A stretch of DNA of 63,077 nt, filler included, from Octopus bimaculoides (GCF_001194135.2; 6 parts of 6 records of this genome joined end to end with filler, not necessarily neighbours in it); one strand, 5' to 3'; counted from the first letter of the whole stretch, positions 1-11,435 are shown. Made by a program: numbers and translations. The notes: a model not told the origin generated them from the sequence alone.

Positions 1-88
<88 letters not shown>
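1..88. repeat. (AT)n followed by (AG)n microsatellite
   Basis: Directly visible dinucleotide runs. Confidence 0.95.
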
Positions 89-93
<5 letters not shown>

Positions 94-386
94 AAAGAGA
101 TAATGTTAGGAACAGAACAAAATTGTTTGTTGGGTGACCTGAAATCCAAAGCTAAATAAATTTTTCTCACAACGATTAATCATAAAGCTGAGCTGAAACA
201 ATATGTGAGAGTTCACCTGAAACAGGTATGTATAACATAAAAACAAAATAGATTAGTTGCTTATAGGTAGGGTGCTTCAACCTTGAGACGTGTTGCCATT
301 TATAGATAACTAATGAAATTAAGATATTGGTGGGAACAATATACTGAAAACTGGGAAATAGAAGACGGCTAGTCAAGGTGATATAA

Positions 387-417
<31 letters not shown>

Positions 418-846
418 GTAGGGGTGAGCAGGTATTTTGGATGCACTTTTTCACACTCTTAAAATCTTGGGTTCAGTTCTCATATGTGTCACCTTCTGTG
501 AATGTTTTTTAACATAGGTTCAAGTTGATCTTAGGTATGTGAGTGAAACAGTAAACAAAATCTGTGTGGAACCTCATAGAATGGACTGTACCTCAAATTC
601 ATGTATGTATGTCTGTGTGTATGTATCAATGTACGTATGCATGTATATACATATGTATGTATATATGTATGTATGTTATTCAGTTTTATTTCAAGATTTC
701 TGGCCGATGGAGAAAGAGTTGGTTTCTAGCCCAGATCCAATGCTCCTTCATTGGAATTTCAACAACATTAACAAGGTATTTTTGTATGTATGTGTGTATA
801 TGTGCCGTATTTGGAGTCAGTGCATGTGTATGTATATATGTATGTG

Positions 847-2856
847 CAGGGCCAGCCCTAGGGTAACTGATGCCCTAGGCGAATCAAATTTTAAATGCTC
901 CCCATACACAGGGGGGGGGGATGACGAGTGGAGTGAACCCAACAAGCCGGGGATTTCCCCAAGAAAGTTTTTAGAAATATGAATAAACATAGGAGCAATT
1001 TGAAGTCACTTGGAAAGGAAAATTTTAAAAATTTATTTCTTAAAAATTAATGAAGAAATATCTAATAACTAATAAACATGATGTACTGAAAATTTAGTAT
1101 TTTACTAATTGGATGTGAGCAAATATGGTAAACAAACAGTAGTTCATCAAACCCTTGTTTGTATTCTCCTTCTTTGGTTTGATTTGACTCAATGGTGTTG
1201 TTTTCTTTTTATTATTGGTTGTTGACATATCTAAATACTATTGTTTTTTATTCTTGGTATTTAAAACCTAATTTTGCAAGCTTTCTGTCTAGCAAAATCC
1301 TTTACAAGCTCTTGGGGTGAAAGTTTTCTACAAATTTCATGTTCTATGAAAATTGTAGCTAGTCTGGCGAGCCTCTCTTGGGCTATTGAAGTTCTTAGAC
1401 ATGTCTTTATTAATTTAAGTTTTGAAAAGCTATGCTCTCTGCTTGCAACACTTACTAGTAGGGTTAGCAGGATTCTGAGAGTGATGTACAAATTTGGAAA
1501 GCGATCTCTTTGTTGCTGCTCACAAAATAGCTCAAGCACTTTCAGAGGACCATAGGATTTTTCAAATCTTCTTGATATGACATTCAGTTCATTAGACAAA
1601 TCTTTAGCACCAATTTTCTTTGACTCTCCAGCCTGTAGGGCAGACTCAAGTTTTGTGTAAAATTCCATTATTTGATGACAAATTTAATATTTCAAAAATT
1701 TTATATCATGCAGTAAACTGAAAATGGAATTTACTTGTTTCAGTTGTTCAAAGAGTTCTGAAATAGAAAGAATTTGCAAATGCAAATGAACAATTCTTTT
1801 TCGCCATGTCCATACCAGAAGTTGATATTGAAAAACATTTTGAAAGAAGTGAATCAGATATATAAAGCAATGTTAATCTTTAAGAAAAAAATAAGCTGAA
1901 TACCCTATTATTTTTCCAGAATAAAATCATTTACACATGCCAAGTATGGAAGCAATTCATGCAGCTGTTTTGGTGTGAAAAGCAAATGAACACAGACACA
2001 ACTTTATTTTATTATATAGATTAGAAAAATAGTTTAAGTCAAGTTCAATATAATTGAGTACATTACTTAGACAAATTTGACAGGCCTTACTAGTAGAATT
2101 TGAATGGTTTCTTGAACCAAAAATTATTTAAGAATTTAATATAAATATTTATTAAATAATTATCAATCATATGATTAATATTAAGTGAAAAAGGAGCTAA
2201 AAATCCCAATGGAATATGCCCATGGAAAAAAAACTCTTTTTAAAAACCTTCCTGGCTCCTCCTGTGATTTAATTTGAAAGAAAAAATTCTCCTCAAAAAA
2301 GATGCTGTGGACACATACCAAAACCATGATATAAAAGTTTTGACAACACCTAACTGATGCCAATTTTTAATTTTTGCCAAGACATTAGCACATAACTAAT
2401 ATATATATCATATAGGGGTAGAGTCAACTCACCAGCAAACCAACTTGTCATTATACAATTTGTTACAACTGTTAAGTATATTGCACATTCTTTTGAATAT
2501 TTTAACCATGATTATAAAAATATACACATAATATGTTAAACTTTAAAATTCATTTGTTTTCAGGGGGGCCTCACATTAAACCAGGCAGTAATTTTCAAAT
2601 GACTGGTCGGCACTGTGGGCTGAAACCTTAGAGGGAATATTGAATTTCAGAAGTGAAATATTTATCAAACTTTACTTACTAATTGTTGATGAATTTTTAA
2701 AAATTATAATAACAAAATTATCACTTTATAATTATAAATTTCTTGAACTTTCTCTCCTAAGTCAGCACCTTCCAAGACATCCCCAGATTTTGTTGCCCCC
2801 TAGATGTTGCTGCCCTAGGCAGTTGTCTAGTTCACCTAGTGCTAGATCTGACCCTG
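847..2856 (-). mobile_element. hAT DNA transposon, internally deleted and non-autonomous, both ends present
   Basis: Imperfect TIRs CAGGGCCAGCCCTAG (847) and revcomp CAGGGTCAGATCTAG (ending 2856), 12/15 match. Identical 8-bp flanks TGTATGTG at 839-846 and 2857-2864 fit a hAT TSD. Subterminal CCTAGG motifs at both ends and a transposase remnant inside. Confidence 0.9.
1261..1790 (-). pseudogene. hAT transposase C-terminal dimerisation-domain remnant
   Basis: ORF 1261-1668 reads FPNLYITLRILLTLLVSVASREHSFSKLKLIKTCLRTSIAQERL, matching the hAT dimerisation motif. Upstream ISELFEQLKQVNSIFSLLHDIK continues in frame past a stop. Confidence 0.88.
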
Positions 2857-3110
2857 TGTATGTGTGTATGTATGTATGTATGTATGTATGTATGTATGTA
2901 TGTATGTATGCATGCATGTTTGTTTATATCACTGAAGGCTGATCTCAGGACATAAGGGCCTCATAGAGGAAATGACAAGGGATCTTCAGTTCATCCGTCA
3001 GTCTTGATTGAGGAGCAAATGCAGAAATAAATCTTGCTGTCATATTTTTGAAGACTGGTCTAAACTTGATTATCATGTCACATTTGAATGCTGGGCCTCT
3101 TCAAATGCTG

Positions 3111-3620
3111 GACCACTTCGGACTCTGAGCCTCAGGGAGGCAATGACAAGTGACCAAGACCTTTGGCAATATGCTGTGCTTGAGTATTTCGTCTGTCTTT
3201 ATGTTCTGAGTTCAAATTCTGCTGAGGTCAACTTTGTCTTCCATCCTTTTGGGGTCGATAAATTAAGTACCAGTTGCATACTGGGGTCGATCTAATCGAC
3301 TGGCCCACTCCCCAAAAAGTTTGGGCCTTGTGCCTAGAGTAGAAAAGAAAAGAATATGCTGTGCTTGAGAAGATCCATCAGTCCAAGTGAAATCATTGTC
3401 ATGACTGATGCTGGTATCATGTAACTAGTGCCTGTGCCAGTGTCATGTAACTGGCACCTATTACACTCTTCGAATGGTTGATGTTAGGAAGGACATCCAG
3501 CCATAGAAACCATGCAAAATTAGACTGGAGCCTGGTGCAGCTCTCCAGCTTGCCAGTTTCAGTCAAACTGTCTAACCCATGCCAGCCTGGAAAGCAGATG
3601 CTAAATGATGTTGATGAAGA
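3111..3620 (+). mobile_element. RTE-clade LINE 3' end relic, interrupted by a SINE
   Basis: Encodes LRTLSLREAMTSDQDLWQYAVLEK, compared with DLRTLGLTEAMTTDRDLWKCAVREK in the copy at 49.9 kb. Same 3' UTR and a GAT-type tail. Confidence 0.8.
3185..3352 (+). mobile_element. 5'-truncated SINE (family B) with 17-bp TSD
   Basis: AATATGCTGTGCTTGAG at 3168-3184 and 3353-3369 flanks a body carrying B-box GAGTTCAAATTC, core GGGGTCGATAAATTAAGTACCAG and an A-rich tail. Confidence 0.9.
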
Positions 3621-3624
3621 CACT

Positions 3625-3760
3625 CTGACAGCTTTGATCCTTTTATCTACCATTTTGTCCAGTCAGAAGTATACCTGTACACCCTACACCATCACTATTG
3701 CCTACCCAATAGGATCTATATCTTTGTTCTTTGCCTATAAGGATTTTGGCTGAGATTCTC
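3625..3760 (-). mobile_element. RTE LINE apurinic-endonuclease fragment
   Basis: Minus-strand translation KILIGKEQRYRSYWVGNSDGVGCTGILL then, after a frameshift, VDKRIKAVRV. This resembles the RTE endonuclease segment FWxGxxxGxxGVGILL. Confidence 0.65.
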
Positions 3761-4023
3761 CTTTATTTTACCCTTTGCATGCAATACACATTTACATGCC
3801 TCCATTCTGACATTTCCACAGTCAAACCATAATTTATATAAATATACAGATTTCAGACAAATCTAAAAGAAAACATTAAAAAAAAAACATGTAAGTTTGT
3901 ATAAAAACACAATAAGCATTTTATATCCTGAATTACTTTTTAATGTAGAAATAATTTTTCTCTCCACCCATTATTTTAGTGTAATTCATTTAGTATTATT
4001 CTCATAGTAATATACAGTAACTA

Positions 4024-4100
4024 CAGGGATGGTCATAAATCGCTTTACCCATTTCTAATAATAATAAAGAAATAAGTAAAGCGACTTATAGCCATCCCTG
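4024..4100. mobile_element. 77-bp Tc1/mariner-type MITE
   Basis: TA-flanked TIRs CAGGGATGGTCATAAATCGCTTTA and revcomp CAGGGATGGCTATAAGTCGCTTTA. Confidence 0.8.
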
Positions 4101-4924
4101 TATATATAAGAAAAAATGTTATGACGCCTTTCTCAGATAATTGAAGTATCTTAGTTTAAAGAGTATTAGACTCTGAATCTAAATGCTGTTGATTCAATCC
4201 CAAGTTATGACATGTTGTATAGGTTTTGTTCTTGAAATTATTACAAACCAAAGCCTCTATAGTTTGATTTATTTTGTAGAAGAGGAAGTTTATTCATTTG
4301 AATGCAACAACTACATGAGGAGGCACATTGTGACCAGTGGTCTACATCTGATAGTCCATTTAATACAATGTTATAAACATAAATCCATCCATATATATAT
4401 ANNNNNNNNNNNNNNNNNNNNNNNNNNNNNNNNNNNNNNNNNNNNNNNNNNNNNNNNNNNNNNNNNNNNNNNNNNNNNNNNNNNNNNNNNNNNNNNNNNN
4501 NNNNNNNNNNNNNNNNNNNNNNNNNNNNNNNNNNNNNNNNNNNNNNNNNNNNNNNNNNNNNNNNNNNNNNNNNNNNNNNNNNNNNNNNNNNNNNNNNNNN
4601 NNNNNNNNNNNNNNNNNNNNNNNNNNNNNNNNNNNNNNNNNNNNNNNNNNNNNNNNNNNNNNNNNNNNNNNNNNNNNNNNNNNNNNNNNNNNNNNNNNNN
4701 NNNNNNNNNNNNNNNNNNNNNNNNNNNNNNNNNNNNNNNNNNNNNNNNNNNNNNNNNNNNNNNNNNNNNNNNNNNNNNNNNNNNNNNNNNNNNNNNNNNN
4801 NNNNNNNNNNNNNNNNNNNNNNNNNNNNNNNNNNNNNNNNNNNNNNNNNNNNNNNNNNNNATATATATATATATATATATACTGTTGTGTCTGGGGAGAG
4901 TCATTCTTTTTAGTGCCTTATAAT

Positions 4925-5267
4925 ATAATCAACAAAGCTCTGAAGGAGACCAAACTCAACATTAAGATTGTTGAAAAGCAAGGGAACTCCATCAGATCAC
5001 AACTATGTAAGACGTACCCCTTTGAGAATACCATATGCACCAATGATATCTGCATGGTATGTAGGATTAGCCCTGGCATTAACTAGTAATGTAGTCTATA
5101 GCATAAGATGCATAGAAGGTGCTTGTAAAGACACGAACATGACATACAGAGGGGAGACATTTTGGAGCATTGCGAAAAGACTCAATGAACATTCAAGACA
5201 ATATGACAACAAAAAACAGTCCTCAATACTCAGCCAACATGCCAAGGACCAAGATTTGGAGATATGA
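4925..5267 (+). mobile_element. Penelope-like element GIY-YIG endonuclease relic
   Basis: IKIVEKQGNSIRSQLCKTYPF...CTNDICMVC, then a frameshift, then NVVYSIRC...YRGETFWSIAKRLNEH...SILSQH. This fits the PLE pattern VVYxIxC...YxGETxRxLxxRxxEH. Confidence 0.82.
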
Positions 5268-5272
5268 TGCAA

Positions 5273-5422
5273 ATAAACAAATAAAATACAACAGCTTTGG
5301 TTTGATATACAACGATGAATATTTAAGTATAAATATACTGATATTTATATACCAATAAATCAAACATACACAGATGTATATTTTGTATATCAAACTGAAG
5401 CTGTTATATTTAATTTGTTTAT
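5273..5422. mobile_element. Palindromic MITE-like element
   Basis: About 40-bp imperfect inverted arms ATAAACAAATAAAATACAACAGCTTTGGTTTGATATACAA and TTGTATATCAAACTGAAGCTGTTATATTTAATTTGTTTAT. Confidence 0.7.
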
Positions 5423-5478
5423 CCGCTTAATTGTCTACACACACACACACACACAAAGATGAATGTGGTTGGTCAATG

Positions 5479-5536
5479 AGGTTACCCTGGGTTTCACGTC
5501 CTTAAGTGTTTAGCTTTACAACATTTCTTCAGACCC
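5479..5536 (-). ncRNA. Candidate minimal type-I hammerhead ribozyme
   Basis: Minus strand: GGGU-CUGAAGA-A-AUGUU...GACGU-GAAA-CC(CAG)GG-UA-ACCU. The core is intact with one extra base after A9. Stem I 4 bp, stem II 5 bp, stem III 3 bp, GUA cleavage triplet. Confidence 0.6.
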
Positions 5537-5624
5537 TAAAACCATTGGCCTATGGCTTCTAACAGTTTGAAAGGTTGGGCCTCCAAATAGGCTTTTCACA
5601 ATACCCTTAAAACCAGGAACTTTT

Positions 5625-5683
5625 CAATCTGTTGAAACGCTGTAAAGCTAAGCACTTTATGTATGTGAAACCCAGGGTAATCC
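5625..5683 (+). ncRNA. Degenerate inverted copy of the same hammerhead motif
   Basis: CTGTTGAAACGCTGTAAAGCTAAGCAC...ATGTGAAACCCAGGGTAA aligns to the 5479-5536 motif. The core A6 position is changed to U. Confidence 0.45.
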
Positions 5684-6225
5684 TGTAGACTGGCCATATC
5701 TATCTTTACCTGTATATTCTACTGATCTATAACTTAGAGTGTGCTTCTTTTTTGGATTTATGATTTACTGTCGATATATATATATATATATATATATAAA
5801 TTAAGAAATGGAGTCAAACACAGGTGTTATTCAAATCTTTATAGTTCTGGCATATGTTTTGAAGAAAACATTGATATTGTTCCAGAATAAAATGATGTAA
5901 AACAATGCAATCATCTTGTCAGGGAAAAAAAGAGAAACAAAACACATCAATAAGCCATTTTAACCAAATGTGATTACTACGTATATGATGAAGGGAAATG
6001 CTGACAAGTTACTTTTTAAAAAGAACGTTAATAGATTTAACGTCAAAGGTAATTTAGAGAAAAAAACGAGGAGAAGAAAGAAATTAACAGAAAATTAAGT
6101 GTGGAGTAATATAGTGTGATAGATGAATGGGAATAAAGGTTAAAAGTGTAAAAATAGATATAATATGTAGTGGAAATGAAATGTAAGAAAACAGTTAAAG
6201 GTTGAATTTTATAGATTAGAAGAAA

Positions 6226-6600
6226 TTATTTATAGGAACTAAAGGTATGTTTTTGCCAATGTTTACAACAATAAACGCATTTGTTAAACGTGTTTACAAG
6301 AGTATTCTCTGAGAAAAGGATGAGAAATTCTTCTTTGTTATAGAGAGGACAAAAAGATTTACCTTTATCATAAGGGAAGGATCTAAATGGAATATTCCAT
6401 TCCAAATCAAATTGTTTATGTTCCTCTAGAGACCAAATGAATTTACTAAACCCCGTATTGTTGCATTTATTGATATGTCTAAATGTAGAGTAATGGTTGA
6501 ATATTCTTTTCAACAACTGAGACAATGAACTACCTATGTAAAAAAGACATCAGAACAGGAAATAATTTTACATTGATAAAAAGAGTTTCTAGTCTTAGAA
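6226..6600 (-). mobile_element. Second Penelope-like GIY-YIG relic (different subfamily)
   Basis: NSFYQCKII, frameshift, FYIGSSLSQLLKRIFNHYSTFRH...TGFSKFIWSL...EWNI...PY..GKSFCPL...KCVYCCKH. This is a PLE endonuclease C-terminal pattern. Confidence 0.7.
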
Positions 6601-6855
6601 TTACCGCTAAAGAAATGAATACAATTTGAATTTATATCAGAAATATTAATATTGTTATTATTATTGTTCAAAGAATGGTTAGCGTTAATGACATCAATGC
6701 TATTATTTTCATTAAGTGGATTTGTATTAACAATTTATTGTTATGTGAAGAGATGATTTGTGAAAAGTTTTTGGTGTTTGAAAACCCTATCCGAATTCAG
6801 TGTGAATTGACAATGGAATGATATCTTGAATTTATATATACATATAAACAATTAT

Positions 6856-7255
6856 GCTGGTGTGACTGTGTAGTAAGAAGCTTGCTTCCCAATCACATGG
6901 TTCTAGGTTCAGTCCCACTGGATGGCATCTTGCCTTATGAGTGGATTTGGTGGATGAAACTGAAAGAAGCCCATCGTTTGTATGTATGTATGTATGCACG
7001 TACGTATGTATGTATGTATACATGTATATTTTATGTGTGTCTTTATGTTTGTGTTTGTCACCCACCACTGCATGGAAACCGGTGTTGGTTTGTTTATGTC
7101 TTCATAATTTAGTAATTTGGTAAAAAAGAGAATGATAAAATAAGTACCAGGCTTAAAAATAAGTACTGGAGTTGATTTGTTTGACTAAGCCCTTCAAGAC
7201 AGTGCCCCTGCATGGCTGCAATCCAAAGACTGAAACAAGTAAAAGGATAAAAGAT
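6856..7255 (+). mobile_element. SINE family A (tRNA-derived, internal TATG/TG microsatellite), diverged
   Basis: Head GTGACTGTGTAGTAAGAAGCTTGCTTCCCAATCACATGGTTCTAGGTTCAGTCCC and tail GACTGAAACAAGTAAAAG are shared with many copies in the window. Confidence 0.85.
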
Positions 7256-7649
7256 AGAACAACCATGAGAGATGCTTATTTGTTTTTAACTTAAGGGAGC
7301 CATATTTTCAAGAGCTCAAACTCTTTCAGGGTGATCACACAATGGTCCTTGCGCAGGTATTTCCTTGCCTATGAGTTGATCAATCTCTATCACAAAATAC
7401 CGTAATGGTTGCAGACAATAAATGAGGATGGTGGTGGTGGTGGGAGGGAGACCAATAAAAACTGAAAAACAAAACAACCTTGAAACAAACCAAGAATGAA
7501 ATAAACAATAACAATGAGAACAACATAAAAATAATGAAAGCTTGTAGCAAAAGTTACATATTATATAAATGTGCGTGTGCGTGTGTATGTGGTGTATTCA
7601 TCAATTAAAAATGTGAACTTCTCTATTCTTGTTCTTGTCATCATAGAAT

Positions 7650-8945
7650 CCAAATTTCTTGTTGTCGGTACAAGGAGTGCATGAGGCGGTTCACAAAAGC
7701 CATTGGTACCTGTGCCTACACCCTGAGGAAAGCTGCATCCAGTTCTACATGAGTTACTCACCTTGGGATCACCTGGTCCAGCCATCTCTGGATTTCATCC
7801 TACAGGTGTTCAATTGGATTCGGATTTGGGCTGAGAGCTGGCTATGGCATAGTTCTGATGTTGTGCTGATGCATGAAGTCCATGGTGACCCTGGCCATGT
7901 GGGAGGGAGCGTTATCCTGCTGGAACACGTGGCTATAGTGATATATGAAAATGTGAGGTCTTAGGGTCTGTCAATGTAGCGCTGCGCTGTGATGCCATTT
8001 CCTCTGCCTGCACCAACATTTTGGAACACATGGAGCCCAATTCTCTGATTCAGGCCTATAATACCCCAAACCATGATGCTTAGGCCACCCCACACGTCTC
8101 TCTCCATAACACATGCATTTCTGAAGCATTCACCCCTCTTACACCACACCCTCACTCAACCACCCAACGTGGAAACGCAGTATCAGCTCTCGTCAGAGAA
8201 GACTATTCGCTTCCATTGTTGATGCCACCAATGTTGGTACTGTGTAGCCCACTGTAGTCATGCCTGATGGTGGCGGGTGGTGAGGACAGGCTCTCAAGCA
8301 AGACGACAGCAACTCAGGTTGTTGGCAGCCAATTGACATTGTACTATGTTGTCACTGATAGGTCACTGTCCAGTGCCAATGGACTCGCGAGCTGTCACAC
8401 TGGCCAGTCTGAAGCAATTATGGAGGTGTTACAGGTAGATGAAGTGGTCTTGCCTGGGTGTGGTCATCTGGGGGCATCCTCTTCGGGCACAGTCTGCAGT
8501 GTTGTTGGTGTTGTGGTATCACTGTTGCAGGCAATAGATCGTGCTAATATGGATATTGTAAGCTTTCACAACAACCAGGGCATGCTTGCAATTGGCCAAT
8601 AGCTTGTTCTCTCTGCGCTGCTGACAATCAGGTCATACTTGATGCATCCAAATTACAAATGCCAGGAACACGGTTCAAATTGATTTTTATACCCATAACC
8701 TCCATGAGATGCACATGCGTTTCAGTTTCCATGACAATCGTTTGTGACTGCCACCCATGGCATTCAATGCAGCTGCATTTTAGCATCTCATCTCAGAGAA
8801 AGTTGAAAGGTTACATGCAATTTGGGTCTCGGCCCTAAACCAGCACGTCTTGGAATATTTACACTTACATCTATGAAATAAATTTTCAGAATTTACCATA
8901 TAAAAATGACATTTGAAAAAATTGTGTTTCTTTTGTGGTTCAGTG
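7650..8945 (-). mobile_element. Degenerate Tc1-like transposon, one end retained
   Basis: Disrupted transposase from the ATG at 8636: QREQAIGQLQA...TTPRQDH...VFSDES...GGLSIMVWG...QQDNAPSH...PALSPNPNPIEH (DD34E-type motifs). Terminus TA|CACTGAACCACAAAAGAAAC on the minus strand at 8945. The other TIR was not found. Confidence 0.9.
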
Positions 8946-9026
8946 TAGTTAACCATGTTTGCTTAACTCTGAGTGCTTTCTAGATATCTGCATCAGTTTA
9001 TTAATTCCTTTTACTTCTCACATACA

Positions 9027-9069
<43 letters not shown>

Positions 9070-9647
9070 NNNNNNNNNNNNNNNNNNNNNNNNNNNNNNN
9101 NNNNNNNNNNNNNNNNNNNNNNNNNNNNNNNNNNNNNNNNNNNNNNNNNNNNNNNNNNNNNNNNNNNNNNNNNNNNNNNNNNNNNNNNNNNNNNNNNNNN
9201 NNNNNNNNNNNNNNNNNNNNNNNNNNNNNNNNNNNNNNNNNNNNNNNNNNNNNNNNNNNNNATTCACTAGACTGTTGATTAACAGCTCAGTCAAGATGGT
9301 ATTTTCTTCATCTCCTACTCTTGTATTTGCACACATTTACAAAATGACTTTCTGAAATGAACTTCCATTATGCAGCTGAGGAGTACATTTTCATTGCACA
9401 TCTTATGTGGTGTTCTCACTACATAGATAAATGAAGTTTGTACAAAACGTACATACTGCTATAACCTAATGAATTTTTGTTGCTTTTCTTCAAATTTTAT
9501 TCACCAAATCTCCTGATTTTGTTTTTGGTTTTTACCCTACCAAATTCTGGTGCCTCAAACATTTTAAGTACCACATTTAATCTTTTGATTAAATCTATAT
9601 TATTATATATATATATACACACACACATACACACACACACACACATA

Positions 9648-9813
9648 TATGTTTAACACAACTAACACAACTCCATATGACTTACAGTCTTGTGACCATA
9701 TGGGACATTCCATATTATCAGATCTCAGGAGATCTGATGAGATGGGTCCATCCTACATGCACATGAAACTTTAAGTCATATGGAGCTGAGTTAAACTGTT
9801 ATTAAAAACATAT
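9648..9813. mobile_element. Palindromic MITE-like element with hammerhead-like cores
   Basis: Arms CTCCATATGACTTA and TAAGTCATATGGAG. Central perfect inverted repeat ATCAGATCTC-AG-GAGATCTGAT (9717-9738). CTGATGA at 9734, GAAA at 9765, GTC at 9775. Confidence 0.65.
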
Positions 9814-9866
9814 GTAACTTTTACCAAATGTGTTCAGTGCCACTTTCTTTTGCTTGTTCACTCACT

Positions 9867-9916
<50 letters not shown>

Positions 9917-10430
9917 TAAATAATCATGAGTGAATATTTATATAGATATTATTATTGCTAGTATTTTCTGCAGTAATATAAATAGCTGATAATAACGACG
10001 ATAATATAAGTGGTTGCAGGCCTAAAATAATATTAGATAGCCATAGAATTAAAATTCATATCAATCATAAGGGCACACAAGGCGGCAGACTTCAACATGA
10101 TGAGTTGAAGAAGTTTTTTCAATTGGTAAGACTTGCTGATGAAGATGAGGCTTTTTGCCAGAACCAGAAATCACGATTCAAGAATATCCAAATACCAAAA
10201 TATATAGCATTGGGCTATATTGGCATGTAAACATTTTTTAGTCTGTTGATTTTTCTGTTGTATTTTCAGTGTTATAGGTGGTTTAAATGAGGGTTTTAAC
10301 TTGTCTTTCTAGAAACTTTCATTCATTTCCCCCTTATGCATTCTCACTACCACTATGTATTAAACCAATACTATTTCTCCCCTTTTAATTCCTTGTTTGT
10401 CTATGACAAATTTCTCTCCATATTTTTCCT

Positions 10431-10829
10431 TACTCTTTACTCTTTTACTTGTTTCAGTCATTTGACTGCAGCCATGCTGGAGCACCGCCTTTAGTCAAAC
10501 AAATCGACCCCAAGACTTATTCTTTGTACGCCTAGCACTTATTCTATTAGTCTCTTTTGCTGAACTGCTAAGTTACGGGGATGTAAAGACACCAACATCG
10601 GTTATCAAATGATGGTGGGGAGACAAGCACAGATACACAAATACACACACACACATATATATATGTATGTGACAGGCTTCTTTCAGTTTCTGTCTACCAA
10701 ATCCACTCACAAGGCTTTGGTTGGTCCAAAGCTATAGTAGATGACATTTGCCCAAGGTGCCAAGCAGTGGGACGGAACTCGGAACCACGTGGTTGGGAAG
10801 CAAGCTTCTTACCACACAGTCACTCCAGC
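10431..10829 (-). mobile_element. SINE family A, full length
   Basis: Reverse complement of the complete head, CORE-like CACCTTGGGCAA segment, microsatellite and tail. Confidence 0.9.
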
Positions 10830-11339
10830 ACTTATATCTAAAATAATTTTTCTTCCTTTTTAGTTCAACTCCCTCTCTTTTCCTACCTCCTCCAAGTACA
10901 TATGCCAACATACACCTCCACCACTTCATACAACTTTTTTCTTTCACCAATCCCCTGCTGATTTCTGCCTTTCTCAGCCATAAAAGCCCCTTGAATACCA
11001 ACAGTCAATAAGCCTCACCCTGCCTTGCTTTATTCACACACACTTATCCACGGCCAAAAATATTTCCCCACTCTCTCCCCTCCAACTTATCTTTTCTTCA
11101 AGAACTAAGTTCTGTGATTCAACCAAAACTACTATCTATTTAGAACTAGTCAACTGACCTTGCTCAAATTCCCCCTTCCTCTCACTCCCTTATACATTTT
11201 TTCTTCTTCCCTTCTAATACTTATTTCTCCCAACTTTTATATACTCCTCTCATACTGTGCCCTCTACACATTTGGATTAAATCTTCTTTGCGTCAGCATG
11301 TATCTCCTCGTGACAATGTAATCTTTAATCTAATCAAGG

Positions 11340-11435
11340 TATCCTTGGCCTGAAGAGTAGCCGGCAGTATACACCTCACTTGGGTTTTACCACTTCTGAG
11401 GTTCCACTCGCTATGAAACATATGTAACCCGGATA
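11340..11435 (+). ncRNA. Candidate minimal hammerhead ribozyme in PLE-like context
   Basis: CUGAAGA (11350)-GUAGC...GCUAU-GAAA (11415)-C(AUAU)G-UA (11426). Palindromic stem III CATATG, inner stem CCTCA/TGAGG, imperfect stem I TATCC..GG / CC.GGATA. Confidence 0.55.

Noticed and set aside
10130-10195. CTGATGAAG...GAAATCACGATT hammerhead-like words
   Set aside because: No closing pair for stem II next to the core.
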